From Bacilli bacterium (GTDB taxonomy: Bacteria; Bacillota_I; Bacilli_A; RF39; UBA660), in the NCBI GenBank assembly GCA_017478105.1, contig JAFVEF010000047.1:27204-91203 (forward strand): a stretch of DNA of 64,000 nucleotides, given 5' to 3'. This document shows, piece after piece, positions 52,359 through 62,780 of the stretch. A model generated the notes under the pieces. The model was not told the DNA's origin, searched no databases, and worked only from the letters and a program-made list of their open reading frames with translations. How positions within the stretch are numbered: the stretch's first letter is position 1; the number at the start of each line of letters is the position of its first letter. The position numbers and the translations under genes were made by a program.

Positions 52359-52649
52359 TTATTCACCAACTGGATATACAGAAGCTTGTTTCTTATCTCT
52401 TCCTAAACGTTCAAATTTAACTACTCCATCTACTAAAGAATATAGAGTATCATCATTTCCACGTTTAACATTGCATCCAGGAAAAACTCTTGTTCCTCTT
52501 TGACGATATATTATAGAACCAGCTGTTATGAATTCACCATCAGCTGCTTTAGCTCCTAATCTACGACCTGCAGAATCACGACCATTAGATGTTGATCCTT
52601 GCCCTTTGTGGTGAGCAAATAATTGAATATCTAACTTTAAAAATCTCAT
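52359..52649 (-). CDS. rpmA: 50S ribosomal protein L27 with N-terminal Prp-cleavable propeptide
   Basis: [11 protein letters not shown]|[15 protein letters not shown]... The extension-plus-AHKKG motif is typical of Firmicutes L27. Confidence 0.95.
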   Translation of the reverse strand: MRFLKLDIQLFAHHKGQGSTSNGRDSAGRRLGAKAADGEFITAGSIIYRQRGTRVFPGCNVKRGNDDTLYSLVDGVVKFERLGRDKKQASVYPVGE

Positions 52650-52660
52650 AATTCTCCTCC

Positions 52661-52963
52661 TTACTTAATACTTATATTATCTGGATAATTAACTTCCAGT
52701 TCTTTTAAAAGATTAATCATATTTTGAATTAGCTTTTGACAAACTAAATCATCACTTTTAACATCAATAGACATCCCTTTTTTACTAACAAGATAACTAA
52801 TATTATCTTTATTTATTAAAAGAATACCATTTACTGTAGTTGTAACTATACTACTACAAGCACTACATACAATATCTTTTCCATAATCATCATATAATGC
52901 ATGTCCAAGTATTGTTACTTTTCTATACTTATTATTCTCTTTTTTTACTTCTACTTTAATCAT
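52661..52963 (-). CDS. prp: ribosomal-processing cysteine protease Prp (YsxB/DUF464)
   Basis: [20 protein letters not shown] matches the Prp catalytic His/Cys dyad context. Sits between rplU and rpmA. Confidence 0.9.
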   Translation of the reverse strand: MIKVEVKKENNKYRKVTILGHALYDDYGKDIVCSACSSIVTTTVNGILLINKDNISYLVSKKGMSIDVKSDDLVCQKLIQNMINLLKELEVNYPDNISIK

Positions 52964-52965
52964 AA

Positions 52966-53268
52966 TTAACCATTAATTTTAGTAATTTTAATTTTAGTAT
53001 AAGGTTGTCTATGTCCTTGACTCAAGCGGTTAGATCTATCTTTACTCTTATATTTAAATACTTTAATCTTTTTATTCTTACCATTTTTAAGAACTTCTCC
53101 TAAAACAGTAGCATTACTAAGATAAGGATTTCCAACTTTTGAATCAATCATCAATACTTGATCAAAACTAACTACATCACCATCTTTACAATCTAGTTTT
53201 TCTACATAGATTTCAGATCCTTCAGTAACATAGTATTGTTTTCCACCGACTTTAATAACTGCGTTCAT
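52966..53268 (-). CDS. rplU: 50S ribosomal protein L21
   Basis: MNAVIKVGGKQYYV...KFKYKSKDRS..GHRQPYTKI is canonical L21. Confidence 0.95.
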   Translation of the reverse strand: MNAVIKVGGKQYYVTEGSEIYVEKLDCKDGDVVSFDQVLMIDSKVGNPYLSNATVLGEVLKNGKNKKIKVFKYKSKDRSNRLSQGHRQPYTKIKITKING

Positions 53269-53280
53269 ATATTTACCTCC

Positions 53281-53365
53281 TTTTATAAAACTTAAGACTC
53301 GCTCTTAAGGTACGTAAAGAACGTTTCTACCTTTTCAATGCGGTTTGAGCATGAGGCGTCAAACA
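53281..53365 (-). promoter_or_regulatory. structured, locally GC-rich 5' leader of the rplU-prp-rpmA operon (candidate L21-leader autoregulatory element)
   Basis: About 85 nt upstream of rplU with GC far above background (gacgcctcatgctcaaaccgcattg; cttaag-agcgagt-cttaag hairpin), ending in AAAGGAGG RBS. Confidence 0.4.
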
Positions 53366-53490
53366 AATAGATTTTATCATAATAAATAATAAAAGTCAAA
53401 CAAAACAACAAAAAAGGAATTTTAAGTAAATATTAAACATCTACCAACAACAATAATTAAAAACTCTTAGTCATAATAATACTATTTTTC

Positions 53491-53521
53491 CAAATAAAAA
53501 AGCACAATAAATATTGTGCTT
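53491..53521 (-). terminator. intrinsic terminator after 53528..54459 gene
   Basis: aagcacaata-aa-tattgtgctt 10-bp stem, then T-run on minus strand. Confidence 0.6.
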
Positions 53522-53527
53522 AAATAA

Positions 53528-54459
53528 CTAATAATTAATACAAGTGTTATTCATAGTATCAGCTGCATCTTCTACTAAGAAATCTCTTACATAGCTTTCA
53601 AAATTAGACTTAGCAACACTATCAGTAATAGGTTGTTCTCTAAATGCAATTTTTGATAAGTCACTAGAACCATAATCAAAATCATATGCACTTAAACTAG
53701 TTCCATTACTATCAATTGGAACAATAATTGTAACTGTCTCAGTACCTTTAGTATAATCTATTCTAGCATCTAAAGAATCATTTCCAGTACATGTATAAGT
53801 AATAGATAAATCACTTAACTCAACTTCATCACCAAACATAGTAATTGGAGCAGCAGCTGGATCATAATCTAATCCCCAAGCTTCTTTAAAATTATCAGCT
53901 TGAACTGTCTCTGTAGTAATAAATAATTTATAAGTACCACCTAAATATCCTGCATCACTAGAATCACAAGTATGAGTCATTCCATCTAAACTTTCATTAC
54001 AAGTAACTGTAGGTTGATATAAAGGATTAAATGTAACACTCTTTAATACTGAAGTAGTAGCTTGATTAGGAGCTAATGCATTTTTAAAATAATAATAACC
54101 ATCACTATAAACCCAATCATCTTGATTATCTAAATCAATTAAAGAAACTAAATTACCATTATAACTTAAATCTAATTGAGTACCACTTTCATTTTTCCAT
54201 TCTTCTCTAAATTTAACTCTAACTCTAACAGACATAGTTCCTTTATTAGTAGTAACTATAGTTTTAGGAGTTACATCTCCAGGAGCCCAATTAGTAGGAC
54301 TTTCAAATGCCTCAGTAGTTTGAGTTTTATATTTACCAGCATTAAATACGTTTTCAAAAGTATCAGTAGATTGTAAATAAGCAATTGTTACTCCAATAAG
54401 TACAACTACAAATACCGCAATTATCGCAACTAATGATTTTTTATTTTTTAATTTCACTA
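53528..54459 (-). CDS. secreted protein with SipW-cognate-type signal peptide and camelysin/TasA-like domain (no DUF285 repeats; distinct C-terminal domain)
   Basis: GTG start 7 nt after AGGAAG gives (M)KLKNKKSLVAIIAVFVVVLIGVTIAYLQSTDTFENVFNAGKYKT...NWAPGD...NKGTMSVRVRV, paralogous to the two DUF285 fusion proteins. Confidence 0.65.
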
Positions 54460-54555
54460 TAACACTTCCTATTCTATTAATTATTATAAACAAATATATT
54501 AAATAAAACAATAAAATAAATAAAAAAATGATATTGCTTGTCAATATCATTTACA

Positions 54556-56337
54556 CTATTTACTTAATTTATGCGTAATAGTATCATAATCTTCTATAGA
54601 ATAACCATTATTATCAAATATAGAATTATATAAACTATTACCATCATTAATAAGATTATTTATCTTTCTTTTAGAAAGAATAACATTCCCTATCTTATAA
54701 GTTCTACTAGTATTAGAATAACTATCTAATAAATCTTTATTTAAAATAGCTTCATCCATAATAATATTACTATTAGGTAAATAATTACTTATTTCATTAT
54801 CTTCTACTATAAATTTATCATTTTCTAATACTTTTATTACTGAATCAATAGAATCAAACTCAACGCCTAAAGCTTTAAGTAATTTAATCCTATCATAATT
54901 ATTATAATTAAGTAATCTTACATCTTCTTCAAAATATTTTTCTAATCCAAGTTCTAATAAAGTATCTATCTTATTATTTAATTCACTATCATTAAAGAAT
55001 TTAATATCCATAGTATTTTTTAAAGAACCAATTAAGTTATAATCTAATAATATATCAATAGTATTTTTATTTATATCATTATCTTGTAATAAAATATAAC
55101 TATTATTTCTAAATATATAAGGATTAATGTCATTACTTTGAAAATAATTAATATTATTAACTACTCTATTTAATTTATCATTATTTCTAAATATATCTAA
55201 ATTATTATTTATAAAATCTTTATTAATTATACCTCTAAATACATATTCTTTAATACTATCTACAATATCTACACTAGTATTTTTTAAAATATTCATTATT
55301 ACATCATCACTTAAATTAATCTTTTTAAGTAAATCAATTATTCTTTCAAAATCATCTATATTTAAATATTCAAATACACTTAAATTTCCATCATAAGAAA
55401 TATTATATTTATTAAGTATATATATAATACTAGAGTATTTTTCATTACTATATTTAGATATATCATTATTTAACATCTCTAAGTATTTACAATTCTTTTC
55501 ATAAACATATAGTAATAACTCTTTTTTTAATTCTTCATCATCTACATAAGATATTAAGTCTTTATAATCAGTTATTTCTAAATCATCACATACTTTTAAA
55601 AACTTATCTTTTGTATATTTTAAAGTCTTTTTTCTAGTAACAAAAGCTTTATCATATTCTTTTTTCTTATTATCCATTTCATTTATATACTTAGGAACTA
55701 AATTAAAAGCATCTATTCCTAAACTATATACTGGAACTCTATCAATTTCTCCCTGTAATAATCTTCTTTTATCTTTATTTTTAAGGCCTGGAGTTTTATC
55801 AATATGTTTCCAAATATCTTTTAATTGATAATAAGATATATATATTTCAAGAACATATAATAAATAACTTTTATTATTCTTAAATAAATCCATAAATGTT
55901 TCCATTCCATCATAATATTCATCTACATTACCAACAGCAGCTTTAAAAGTTTTAAAAAAAGACTTATTTTTAAGATCATCACAACTTTTATTTACAATCC
56001 TAAGAGTATTTCTATTAAGAAATTGTTCAACCTTCTCAGCTGGAGCTTCAAGACCTAAATTATGCAAATCAACTAATGAATCTGTAGAAAAATACTTAAA
56101 GAAATTATACAATTTATTAATTTCTTTTAAAGATTCATCTATATCTGATTCATCATTAATTAAATGAAAGCATGTAACTAAATCTTTAATATCACAATTA
56201 ATAAAGCTAAGTCCATCTAAAGAAACAGTATTTCCAAATCTTTTTTTACAATAATAATAATTATCTGGAAAAACAAACTCTTCTTTCTTTGAATTAATTT
56301 TAGAATCAATAAGTTCTAATATTTTAAATTTATCCAA
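54556..56337 (-). CDS. hypothetical large all-helical Asn/Asp/Ile-rich protein (593 aa)
   Basis: No signal peptide. Repetitive helical composition. Overlaps the upstream gene by 8 nt (operon). Confidence 0.4.
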   Translation of the reverse strand: MDKFKILELIDSKINSKKEEFVFPDNYYYCKKRFGNTVSLDGLSFINCDIKDLVTCFHLINDESDIDESLKEINKLYNFFKYFSTDSLVDLHNLGLEAPAEKVEQFLNRNTLRIVNKSCDDLKNKSFFKTFKAAVGNVDEYYDGMETFMDLFKNNKSYLLYVLEIYISYYQLKDIWKHIDKTPGLKNKDKRRLLQGEIDRVPVYSLGIDAFNLVPKYINEMDNKKKEYDKAFVTRKKTLKYTKDKFLKVCDDLEITDYKDLISYVDDEELKKELLLYVYEKNCKYLEMLNNDISKYSNEKYSSIIYILNKYNISYDGNLSVFEYLNIDDFERIIDLLKKINLSDDVIMNILKNTSVDIVDSIKEYVFRGIINKDFINNNLDIFRNNDKLNRVVNNINYFQSNDINPYIFRNNSYILLQDNDINKNTIDILLDYNLIGSLKNTMDIKFFNDSELNNKIDTLLELGLEKYFEEDVRLLNYNNYDRIKLLKALGVEFDSIDSVIKVLENDKFIVEDNEISNYLPNSNIIMDEAILNKDLLDSYSNTSRTYKIGNVILSKRKINNLINDGNSLYNSIFDNNGYSIEDYDTITHKLSK

Positions 56338-57259
56338 TTAAACCACCCTTTTTACTATCATTATTGTTATTACTATAACTGTTTAATAAATTATATAACT
56401 CTGATACATTTTTATTATTCTCTTCAATAAACTCTTCATTATCTAAATTTTTAATTAAACTATCTTTAATATTATAGTAATCTGATACTTTTTTAATTAA
56501 CGTTTCAACATATGCTTTATCAATATCACTTTTCTTAACAAAAGCTGATATTAAAGCATAACTATCTACTCCAATTCTAGAGAAAGCTACTCTTACTTGA
56601 AATCCTTTTACCTCACTAATACTTTTTAATTTATTATTAGCTCCTGTAAATCTTTTAAAATTTTTAAAAGAACCATCTACTATAGAATTAATTAATTGTA
56701 AGAAATCTGGATAATATTCAAATGGAATATGACTTAACTCTTCTATTAAACGAATATTACCACCAGTAGTAGGTACAAGTATAATTTTATTTTTTCTCGT
56801 TTCTGAAGGATTATCAATATCAGGCTTATTACACTCATCTAATAATTTCATCTTATTAGCATGAAAATTAATAGCACTTAAATATTCTTCTCTATTATCC
56901 TCTAAAGAACATAATTCATATAATTCATGCATTTCTTTTAAAGATTCAGCTTTTAATCTAAGTATTATTTCATCATAACGATTATTAGATATATCAGGTA
57001 ATATTGATAATAAATCATCCTTTGAATAATTAATATCTAAACCATTATATAAATTAATAAATTCATCCATTTCAAGATCTTTAGTTTTATAAATATCTTT
57101 GTCGACATTAACACTCTCTTCAAAATAACTACTAGTATTTTCTTCTTTTTCAACAACAGTCTCACGTCTAGTAAGTAAATCTAATTTCTTTCTTTTTGAG
57201 TTTGCTAGAACATAATTATTTTCTATTAATTCTTGTAATTTATCTACATTTATATTCAT
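56330..57259 (-). CDS. hypothetical protein with C-terminal region weakly resembling Gp49/HigB (RelE-superfamily) toxin-like fold
   Basis: C-terminal ...KGFQVRVAFSRIGVDSYALISAFVKKSDIDKAY echoes the ..yRi.y.....ivlL..F.KKtqktp RelE/Gp49 motif. N-terminal 160 aa acidic and helical. Confidence 0.3.
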   Translation of the reverse strand: MNINVDKLQELIENNYVLANSKRKKLDLLTRRETVVEKEENTSSYFEESVNVDKDIYKTKDLEMDEFINLYNGLDINYSKDDLLSILPDISNNRYDEIILRLKAESLKEMHELYELCSLEDNREEYLSAINFHANKMKLLDECNKPDIDNPSETRKNKIILVPTTGGNIRLIEELSHIPFEYYPDFLQLINSIVDGSFKNFKRFTGANNKLKSISEVKGFQVRVAFSRIGVDSYALISAFVKKSDIDKAYVETLIKKVSDYYNIKDSLIKNLDNEEFIEENNKNVSELYNLLNSYSNNNNDSKKGGLIG

Positions 57260-57319
57260 AATACCAATCCCCTCTGATTAACGTGCTATATTATAACACA
57301 TTTTAGATGCCTTTGCAAC

Positions 57320-57351
57320 CAAAACAAAAAAAGAAGTAAAACATTACTTCT
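57320..57351 (-). terminator. intrinsic terminator after 762-aa surface protein gene
   Basis: agaagtaa-aaca-ttacttct hairpin at the stop, then long T-run. Paralogous to the terminator at 13153..13185. Confidence 0.6.
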
Positions 57352-59638
57352 AATTTCCACTAGTATCAACTATATATGGATTTGCCATAGAACCATCTCC
57401 ATCAGAATAACGGGTGCCTGGTGTCAGTGAAACTGCCGGACGTACGCCGACAGAGTTGTTGACGATGTAGTTGTTCATGTTACCGTTCGTGTCCACGTAA
57501 CGACCGCGAGCAAAGTTTTCGGTGAAATAGCGAGGCGAAGCAAGCCAATAAATTTGTCCTGTTTTTCGAGCGTTACTATTATTTAAAATGTTCGCTTCCG
57601 GACTTGACATCAATCCTACTTTATAAGTTAATTTTGCATTATTATTGCTTATACTAAATTGATTGATTGTGTTTGTACAACTTAAATCACTTGTTACACT
57701 ATATTCCTTGAATTGTAGATAATCATTTGTCATACCACCATCTGGATTCCATCCATTTAATGCTCTTATACTTCTATCATTACAGAATATTGTATCTTCT
57801 ATGTATTCATCATAATCTTCTAATAAATAATGTTTATACCATGCATCTACTCCACTTTTCATTGTAGAATTTGTGGTGTTTTTTGTCAGCATATCTTCTA
57901 GTGCTTTATCAACCATTGTAACTCCATCTTTTAATGTTATATAAACCATATAGCCAGTTCCAGTATAATAATACACATAAGCTACTGTCGCACATGTTTT
58001 GAGTCCTAGTGATACACACATATAGTGATGTGTAGAAATATTATTCATATTATTATAGTTTTCAATTTCTATTGGATCTACCAATGTATAATTGGTTCCA
58101 TCCCATGTTACACTACTACCATAATAATGATTTGGTGCATAATTATAACCTGAAGCACTAATTGAATCAATCATTCGGAGTGTTTCTTCAGTACATGTTG
58201 CATTTTCAGTATTACACGTATACTTATAATCACCATAATTACTTGAATTAATCACTAATTCATCTTTTCTTACTAACAATGAATCCGTAAGAGTTAATCC
58301 ACTTCTTGTCTTTCCAATTATTATCTTCTCACCCGCATTTATATACGTGTAGTTCATGGATGTTGTTGCTGTAGTATATCTTGGAGAAGCACATGTTGTA
58401 CTACTATCATTACAAGTATATTTATTTTTATAATTGGCAAAGTTTGTATACCAATCAGATAATGTCACATTGGTTGGATTATTAATTGTATATGTACCAT
58501 CTCCGTTGTCACGAATGGAATCTCCAAATACTATTGGTTCATAAGCAGACAATAAGTTACCACTTTGTAGTTGTTTATAATACATTGTTGTGTTATTAAC
58601 TGCCGCAATGTAATATACACCTGTATTAGTATAATTTTGAGTAGTATTTCTAAATGTATATTTTCCTACCAAATTAGGATAATCTGTTGTACCACTTACT
58701 TGGTATGGGTTTACTAATGAATATCGATTAGCAGTTAAAGTACCATAATCAATACTATCCGCATACCAGTATAATGTTCCTAAAGATCTTGATTGTAACA
58801 TAGTTTGTGTTGTTGTAAAACTTTGACTTGTTGTTCCACTTGTTGAACTATATGCATAAACATCTCCGTACATGTATCCAACATAAGTTGGTGAATTTTC
58901 ACTTGCATTAAATTGTAGTATTCCAAATTGTGAATAATTGGAACTTGAGTTTAATGGTATTACATAAGCACTAGATGTATTATTATAAGATTCAACTAAA
59001 TAAAGAGTTTCACAAATACCATTCACATCTGCTAATTTGCAAGTATATTTTCCAACCAATCCAGGTCCATTGCTCTCATTCCACATAGTTTGTTCTGTTG
59101 TACCACTAACTTTAAATGTTTCAGTTGAACTATCATATATATAATCAGTTCCATACCAATAATTTGAAGCTAGATTTTGACTCGTTCTTGCTGCATACCC
59201 TACATGTGTTCCTCTGGTATTAAGACATTTCCCGTCGTCTGCCTCTCCATTATATATCATTTTTACTCCACCAGTATCTGTTGTTCTTATCATTTGCCAA
59301 CAGTGATTGGCAAATATAACATTATTTTTATCAAGTATTTGTGTACCTTCAGTGTTATTTTTGGCATACCAGTGAAATATATCTTTAGAAGGAGCTTCTG
59401 TAAAGGAATCATGATGTTCACCTGTATACTTCTTAGCTAACCCTCCAGTTTCTGCTTCTTTTGCTAGAACGTTATAAAGAGTTGGTTCATAATACTTTTT
59501 GACATTTAAATTACCATTTATATTTAAATTAGTAGAAAGTGTTGAATATCCAATAGATAGAAACATAAAAAGTACTAATAAAATATTTAGTACTAGTTTT
59601 TTATTAAATAGTTGTCTTTTCTTAACTATCTTTTTCAT
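57350..59638 (-). CDS. large exported Cys/Tyr/Asn/Thr-rich surface protein (paralog family member)
   Basis: Signal/anchor MKKIVKKRQLFNKKLVLNILLVLFMFLSIGYSTLSTNLNING, core ...CWQMIRTTDTGGVKMIYNGE..., C-terminal IYWLASP...GVRPAVSLTPG. ATG after TATATAGTAGGTG. Confidence 0.75.
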   Translation of the reverse strand: MKKIVKKRQLFNKKLVLNILLVLFMFLSIGYSTLSTNLNINGNLNVKKYYEPTLYNVLAKEAETGGLAKKYTGEHHDSFTEAPSKDIFHWYAKNNTEGTQILDKNNVIFANHCWQMIRTTDTGGVKMIYNGEADDGKCLNTRGTHVGYAARTSQNLASNYWYGTDYIYDSSTETFKVSGTTEQTMWNESNGPGLVGKYTCKLADVNGICETLYLVESYNNTSSAYVIPLNSSSNYSQFGILQFNASENSPTYVGYMYGDVYAYSSTSGTTSQSFTTTQTMLQSRSLGTLYWYADSIDYGTLTANRYSLVNPYQVSGTTDYPNLVGKYTFRNTTQNYTNTGVYYIAAVNNTTMYYKQLQSGNLLSAYEPIVFGDSIRDNGDGTYTINNPTNVTLSDWYTNFANYKNKYTCNDSSTTCASPRYTTATTSMNYTYINAGEKIIIGKTRSGLTLTDSLLVRKDELVINSSNYGDYKYTCNTENATCTEETLRMIDSISASGYNYAPNHYYGSSVTWDGTNYTLVDPIEIENYNNMNNISTHHYMCVSLGLKTCATVAYVYYYTGTGYMVYITLKDGVTMVDKALEDMLTKNTTNSTMKSGVDAWYKHYLLEDYDEYIEDTIFCNDRSIRALNGWNPDGGMTNDYLQFKEYSVTSDLSCTNTINQFSISNNNAKLTYKVGLMSSPEANILNNSNARKTGQIYWLASPRYFTENFARGRYVDTNGNMNNYIVNNSVGVRPAVSLTPGTRYSDGDGSMANPYIVDTSGN

Positions 59639-59684
59639 TCTACACCTACTATATAAGTATAGTATAAATAAATAATATTTTCAA

Positions 59685-62600
59685 TTATATTTCTCTATAA
59701 ACTTCATCAAATATAGAGTATAAATAACACTTAACTTTTCTATTAGTTTTTTTCTCTAAATATTTTTTATATCCAAGTAATTGTTTATCATATGATAAAT
59801 CATCTATATTCTTTAATTTATAATCTATTATTTCTAAATGAGTATTACAATCTATTATTAAATCTATAATACCATGAGAATTATCATCAATAAACTCATA
59901 TTCTTTATACATTTTATTAGATAATTTATTCTTCATAAAATCACTTTTTAAGAAATTATTAATCTTTTCTTTAACTAAACCAGATACATTATATTTATCT
60001 AAATCATAATTACTAAAATTAATAGTTTCTAATATATTATGAACTAAACTACCAAATTCTAAAGTCTTATATTCATCAATATTTATTAGTTGTAATTGCT
60101 CTTTAGAATAATGTGTTTTTATAACTTCATTAGTATCTATATTCACTTCTTCTACTAATAAATTATCATTACTTTTTTCTAATTCAATATTTGTATTTTT
60201 ACTAATTAAATAATCTAAGGAACCTACTATATCTACTTCTTTTACGTATGGAAGTAATATATTATAAATACTTTTAATAATACTTAAAAAAGAATTATAT
60301 TTCTCTCTTATATATAGAGGTACAATACCAGTAACATAACTTTCTTCTTCTTGTTTAGGAATCACTATAATTATCTTTTCTCTTGCCCGAGTTAAGGCTA
60401 CATAGAAAAGTCTTATTCTTTCACTTATATCTTCTTTTAAATAATTATTTTTATAAATAGTCTTTAAGAAAGTATCTTTATAATAATTATCAACTTTAGG
60501 TAATATAAAACCATATTTATTATCATAAATTATCTTTTCTTTTAAATCCATCTTTGAAAATAAAGAAGAAAATCCCCCAAAATAACATATTGGAAATTCT
60601 AATCCCTTAGATTTATGAATAGTCATTATAGATACACTATTACTATTATCATTAAATACATTAAATTTTAAATCATAATCATTTTCAAATATACTATTCA
60701 ATATATCACAAAAATCATATATAGTTTTACCTATATTTTCATAATTAACACATAAATTATAAAAGTACTCTAATCTAATTCTAAAAGATTTAATATTAGA
60801 TAAAGTAAGTAATTTATTAGTATAATCAAAAGAATTAACTACATATAAGAAATACTCACTTAAACTATATTTATCTATATAATTAACTAATTCTAAGCAT
60901 TTCTTATATAACTCCGATTCAAATACCTCATCATTACAAATTAAATCATATATCAATGAATCATCACTATTCCAAAGAAAACTTCTAGAAATAGATGTGA
61001 AAGTATAACGAAACTCACTATCGAATCTTTTTTGTTTTATACAAATTAATAGTCTAAATAAATTTCTAATAACTAAACTATCATCATCTTTTTTAAATGA
61101 TTCATCTTTATGAATATTAATAGGTATATGTAAGTATTCAAACACTTTTTTATATAAAAGAAAATCATGGCTTTTTTCTAAAAGAATTACAAAATCTTTA
61201 TATTCTGCTTTTCTAAGTATTTTTTTATCTTTATCAAATACTAAGTAATTATCATTTATTTTATTTAAGATATCATACCCTATAATAAATGCTTCTTCTT
61301 CACTCTTAGTAAGTTTTCCTAGTTTTTCTAAATCATAAACTAATATATCCATATCATTATTCTGATTAGTTTTAAACTCTTTATCATAAGAAGTATTTCC
61401 AAATATCATTCTATGTGATTTACTATAATCTGCTCCTCCTATATCTTGATCCATTATTAAATCAAAAATAGAATTAATATTATTTAAAACTTCTCTTCTT
61501 GATCTAAAATTATTTAATAAATCTATTTTTAATCCATACTTAGGATCTTTATATAAGTTATATTTTTCCATAAATAAACTAGGATTAGCATTTCTAAATC
61601 TATAAATAGATTGTTTAATATCCCCTACCATATAAACATTATTAGAACTAATTAAAGAAATAAACTTTTCTTGTAAATCAGATGTATCTTGATACTCATC
61701 AACTAATATTTCCTTAAAACTATCTGTAAGTTCTACTCTAATATCTTCATTTTCTGATACTATCTTAATAGCTAATCTACTTATATCAGTAAATGTATAT
61801 AAATTATTATTTTTCTTATATGAATCTAGTTTTTTATCAAATTTCTTTAGTATTTCTACAATAATTTCAATATTAGAAAAAGTACTCTTATATTCTTCAA
61901 TCATCGAAGAAGTTGATTCATAAACACAATATGCTTTAATACTCTTCGCTATATCAAATATAGTTTGTTTAATTCTTTTTCCTTCTTCAGTAGAACCTTT
62001 AGGTACTCTTATACTAGCGTAATCCAAAGCTGTTAAGAAATCATCATAAGAAGATGCATTTAATAATTTAGAAAAATTATCTTCCATTTTTAATACAAAT
62101 TCGTCTTCAAAATGATTATGTAATTCTAATATTAAATCTCTAATATCTTTTTGTAGACTATAAAGTAAATCCATATATAAAGAAACATAATAATCTATTT
62201 TATCTTGTGATAATTCTAAATTACTATAATTATCTAAATAAAATTCTTTATCATATTTCAATTCTATTTTTCGATAAGCATTTAATATATCATCTTTTAG
62301 ATCTTTATCATCTTTTAGACAAAAATCTCTAATTAGCTTTAAGAATTTTTTATTAGAAAGCATATAGTATTCATCAAATATCTCATCTATTATTTTTTTC
62401 TTTTCAATATCTATAATTACTTCATCACAAACACTAATATCACTACTTATATTAGCCTCAGTATGATATTTTTTTAAAATAGAAAGTGAAAATGAATCAA
62501 AAGTACAGATATAAGCACCATCTATGTAGTTAGCCTCACTTATTATTTCTGGAGTTGAAAAAATTGCTTTTCTAATTCTATCTTTCATCTCTAAACTAGC

Positions 62601-62780
62601 AGCACTTGTAAATGTTAAAACTAATAATTCATTTACATGAATACCACTTAAAAGTTTTTGTTTAACTCTCTCAGTTAAAACAGCAGTCTTCCCACTACCA
62701 GCTCCTGCCGAAACAATTATATTTTTACCATCTTCAAAAATAGCTTGTCTCTGTTCTTCAGTAAAATGCAATTTATTCAC
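59685..62780 (-). CDS. addA: ATP-dependent helicase/nuclease subunit A (AddA/RexA; UvrD-like helicase + RecB-type nuclease)
   Basis: N-terminal FTEEQRQAIFEDGKNIIVSAGAGSGKTAVLTER, UvrD motifs, C-terminal nuclease IDLIID...IIDYKL. Overlaps addB by 8 nt. Confidence 0.85.
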   Translation of the reverse strand: MNKLHFTEEQRQAIFEDGKNIIVSAGAGSGKTAVLTERVKQKLLSGIHVNELLVLTFTSAASLEMKDRIRKAIFSTPEIISEANYIDGAYICTFDSFSLSILKKYHTEANISSDISVCDEVIIDIEKKKIIDEIFDEYYMLSNKKFLKLIRDFCLKDDKDLKDDILNAYRKIELKYDKEFYLDNYSNLELSQDKIDYYVSLYMDLLYSLQKDIRDLILELHNHFEDEFVLKMEDNFSKLLNASSYDDFLTALDYASIRVPKGSTEEGKRIKQTIFDIAKSIKAYCVYESTSSMIEEYKSTFSNIEIIVEILKKFDKKLDSYKKNNNLYTFTDISRLAIKIVSENEDIRVELTDSFKEILVDEYQDTSDLQEKFISLISSNNVYMVGDIKQSIYRFRNANPSLFMEKYNLYKDPKYGLKIDLLNNFRSRREVLNNINSIFDLIMDQDIGGADYSKSHRMIFGNTSYDKEFKTNQNNDMDILVYDLEKLGKLTKSEEEAFIIGYDILNKINDNYLVFDKDKKILRKAEYKDFVILLEKSHDFLLYKKVFEYLHIPINIHKDESFKKDDDSLVIRNLFRLLICIKQKRFDSEFRYTFTSISRSFLWNSDDSLIYDLICNDEVFESELYKKCLELVNYIDKYSLSEYFLYVVNSFDYTNKLLTLSNIKSFRIRLEYFYNLCVNYENIGKTIYDFCDILNSIFENDYDLKFNVFNDNSNSVSIMTIHKSKGLEFPICYFGGFSSLFSKMDLKEKIIYDNKYGFILPKVDNYYKDTFLKTIYKNNYLKEDISERIRLFYVALTRAREKIIIVIPKQEEESYVTGIVPLYIREKYNSFLSIIKSIYNILLPYVKEVDIVGSLDYLISKNTNIELEKSNDNLLVEEVNIDTNEVIKTHYSKEQLQLINIDEYKTLEFGSLVHNILETINFSNYDLDKYNVSGLVKEKINNFLKSDFMKNKLSNKMYKEYEFIDDNSHGIIDLIIDCNTHLEIIDYKLKNIDDLSYDKQLLGYKKYLEKKTNRKVKCYLYSIFDEVYREI

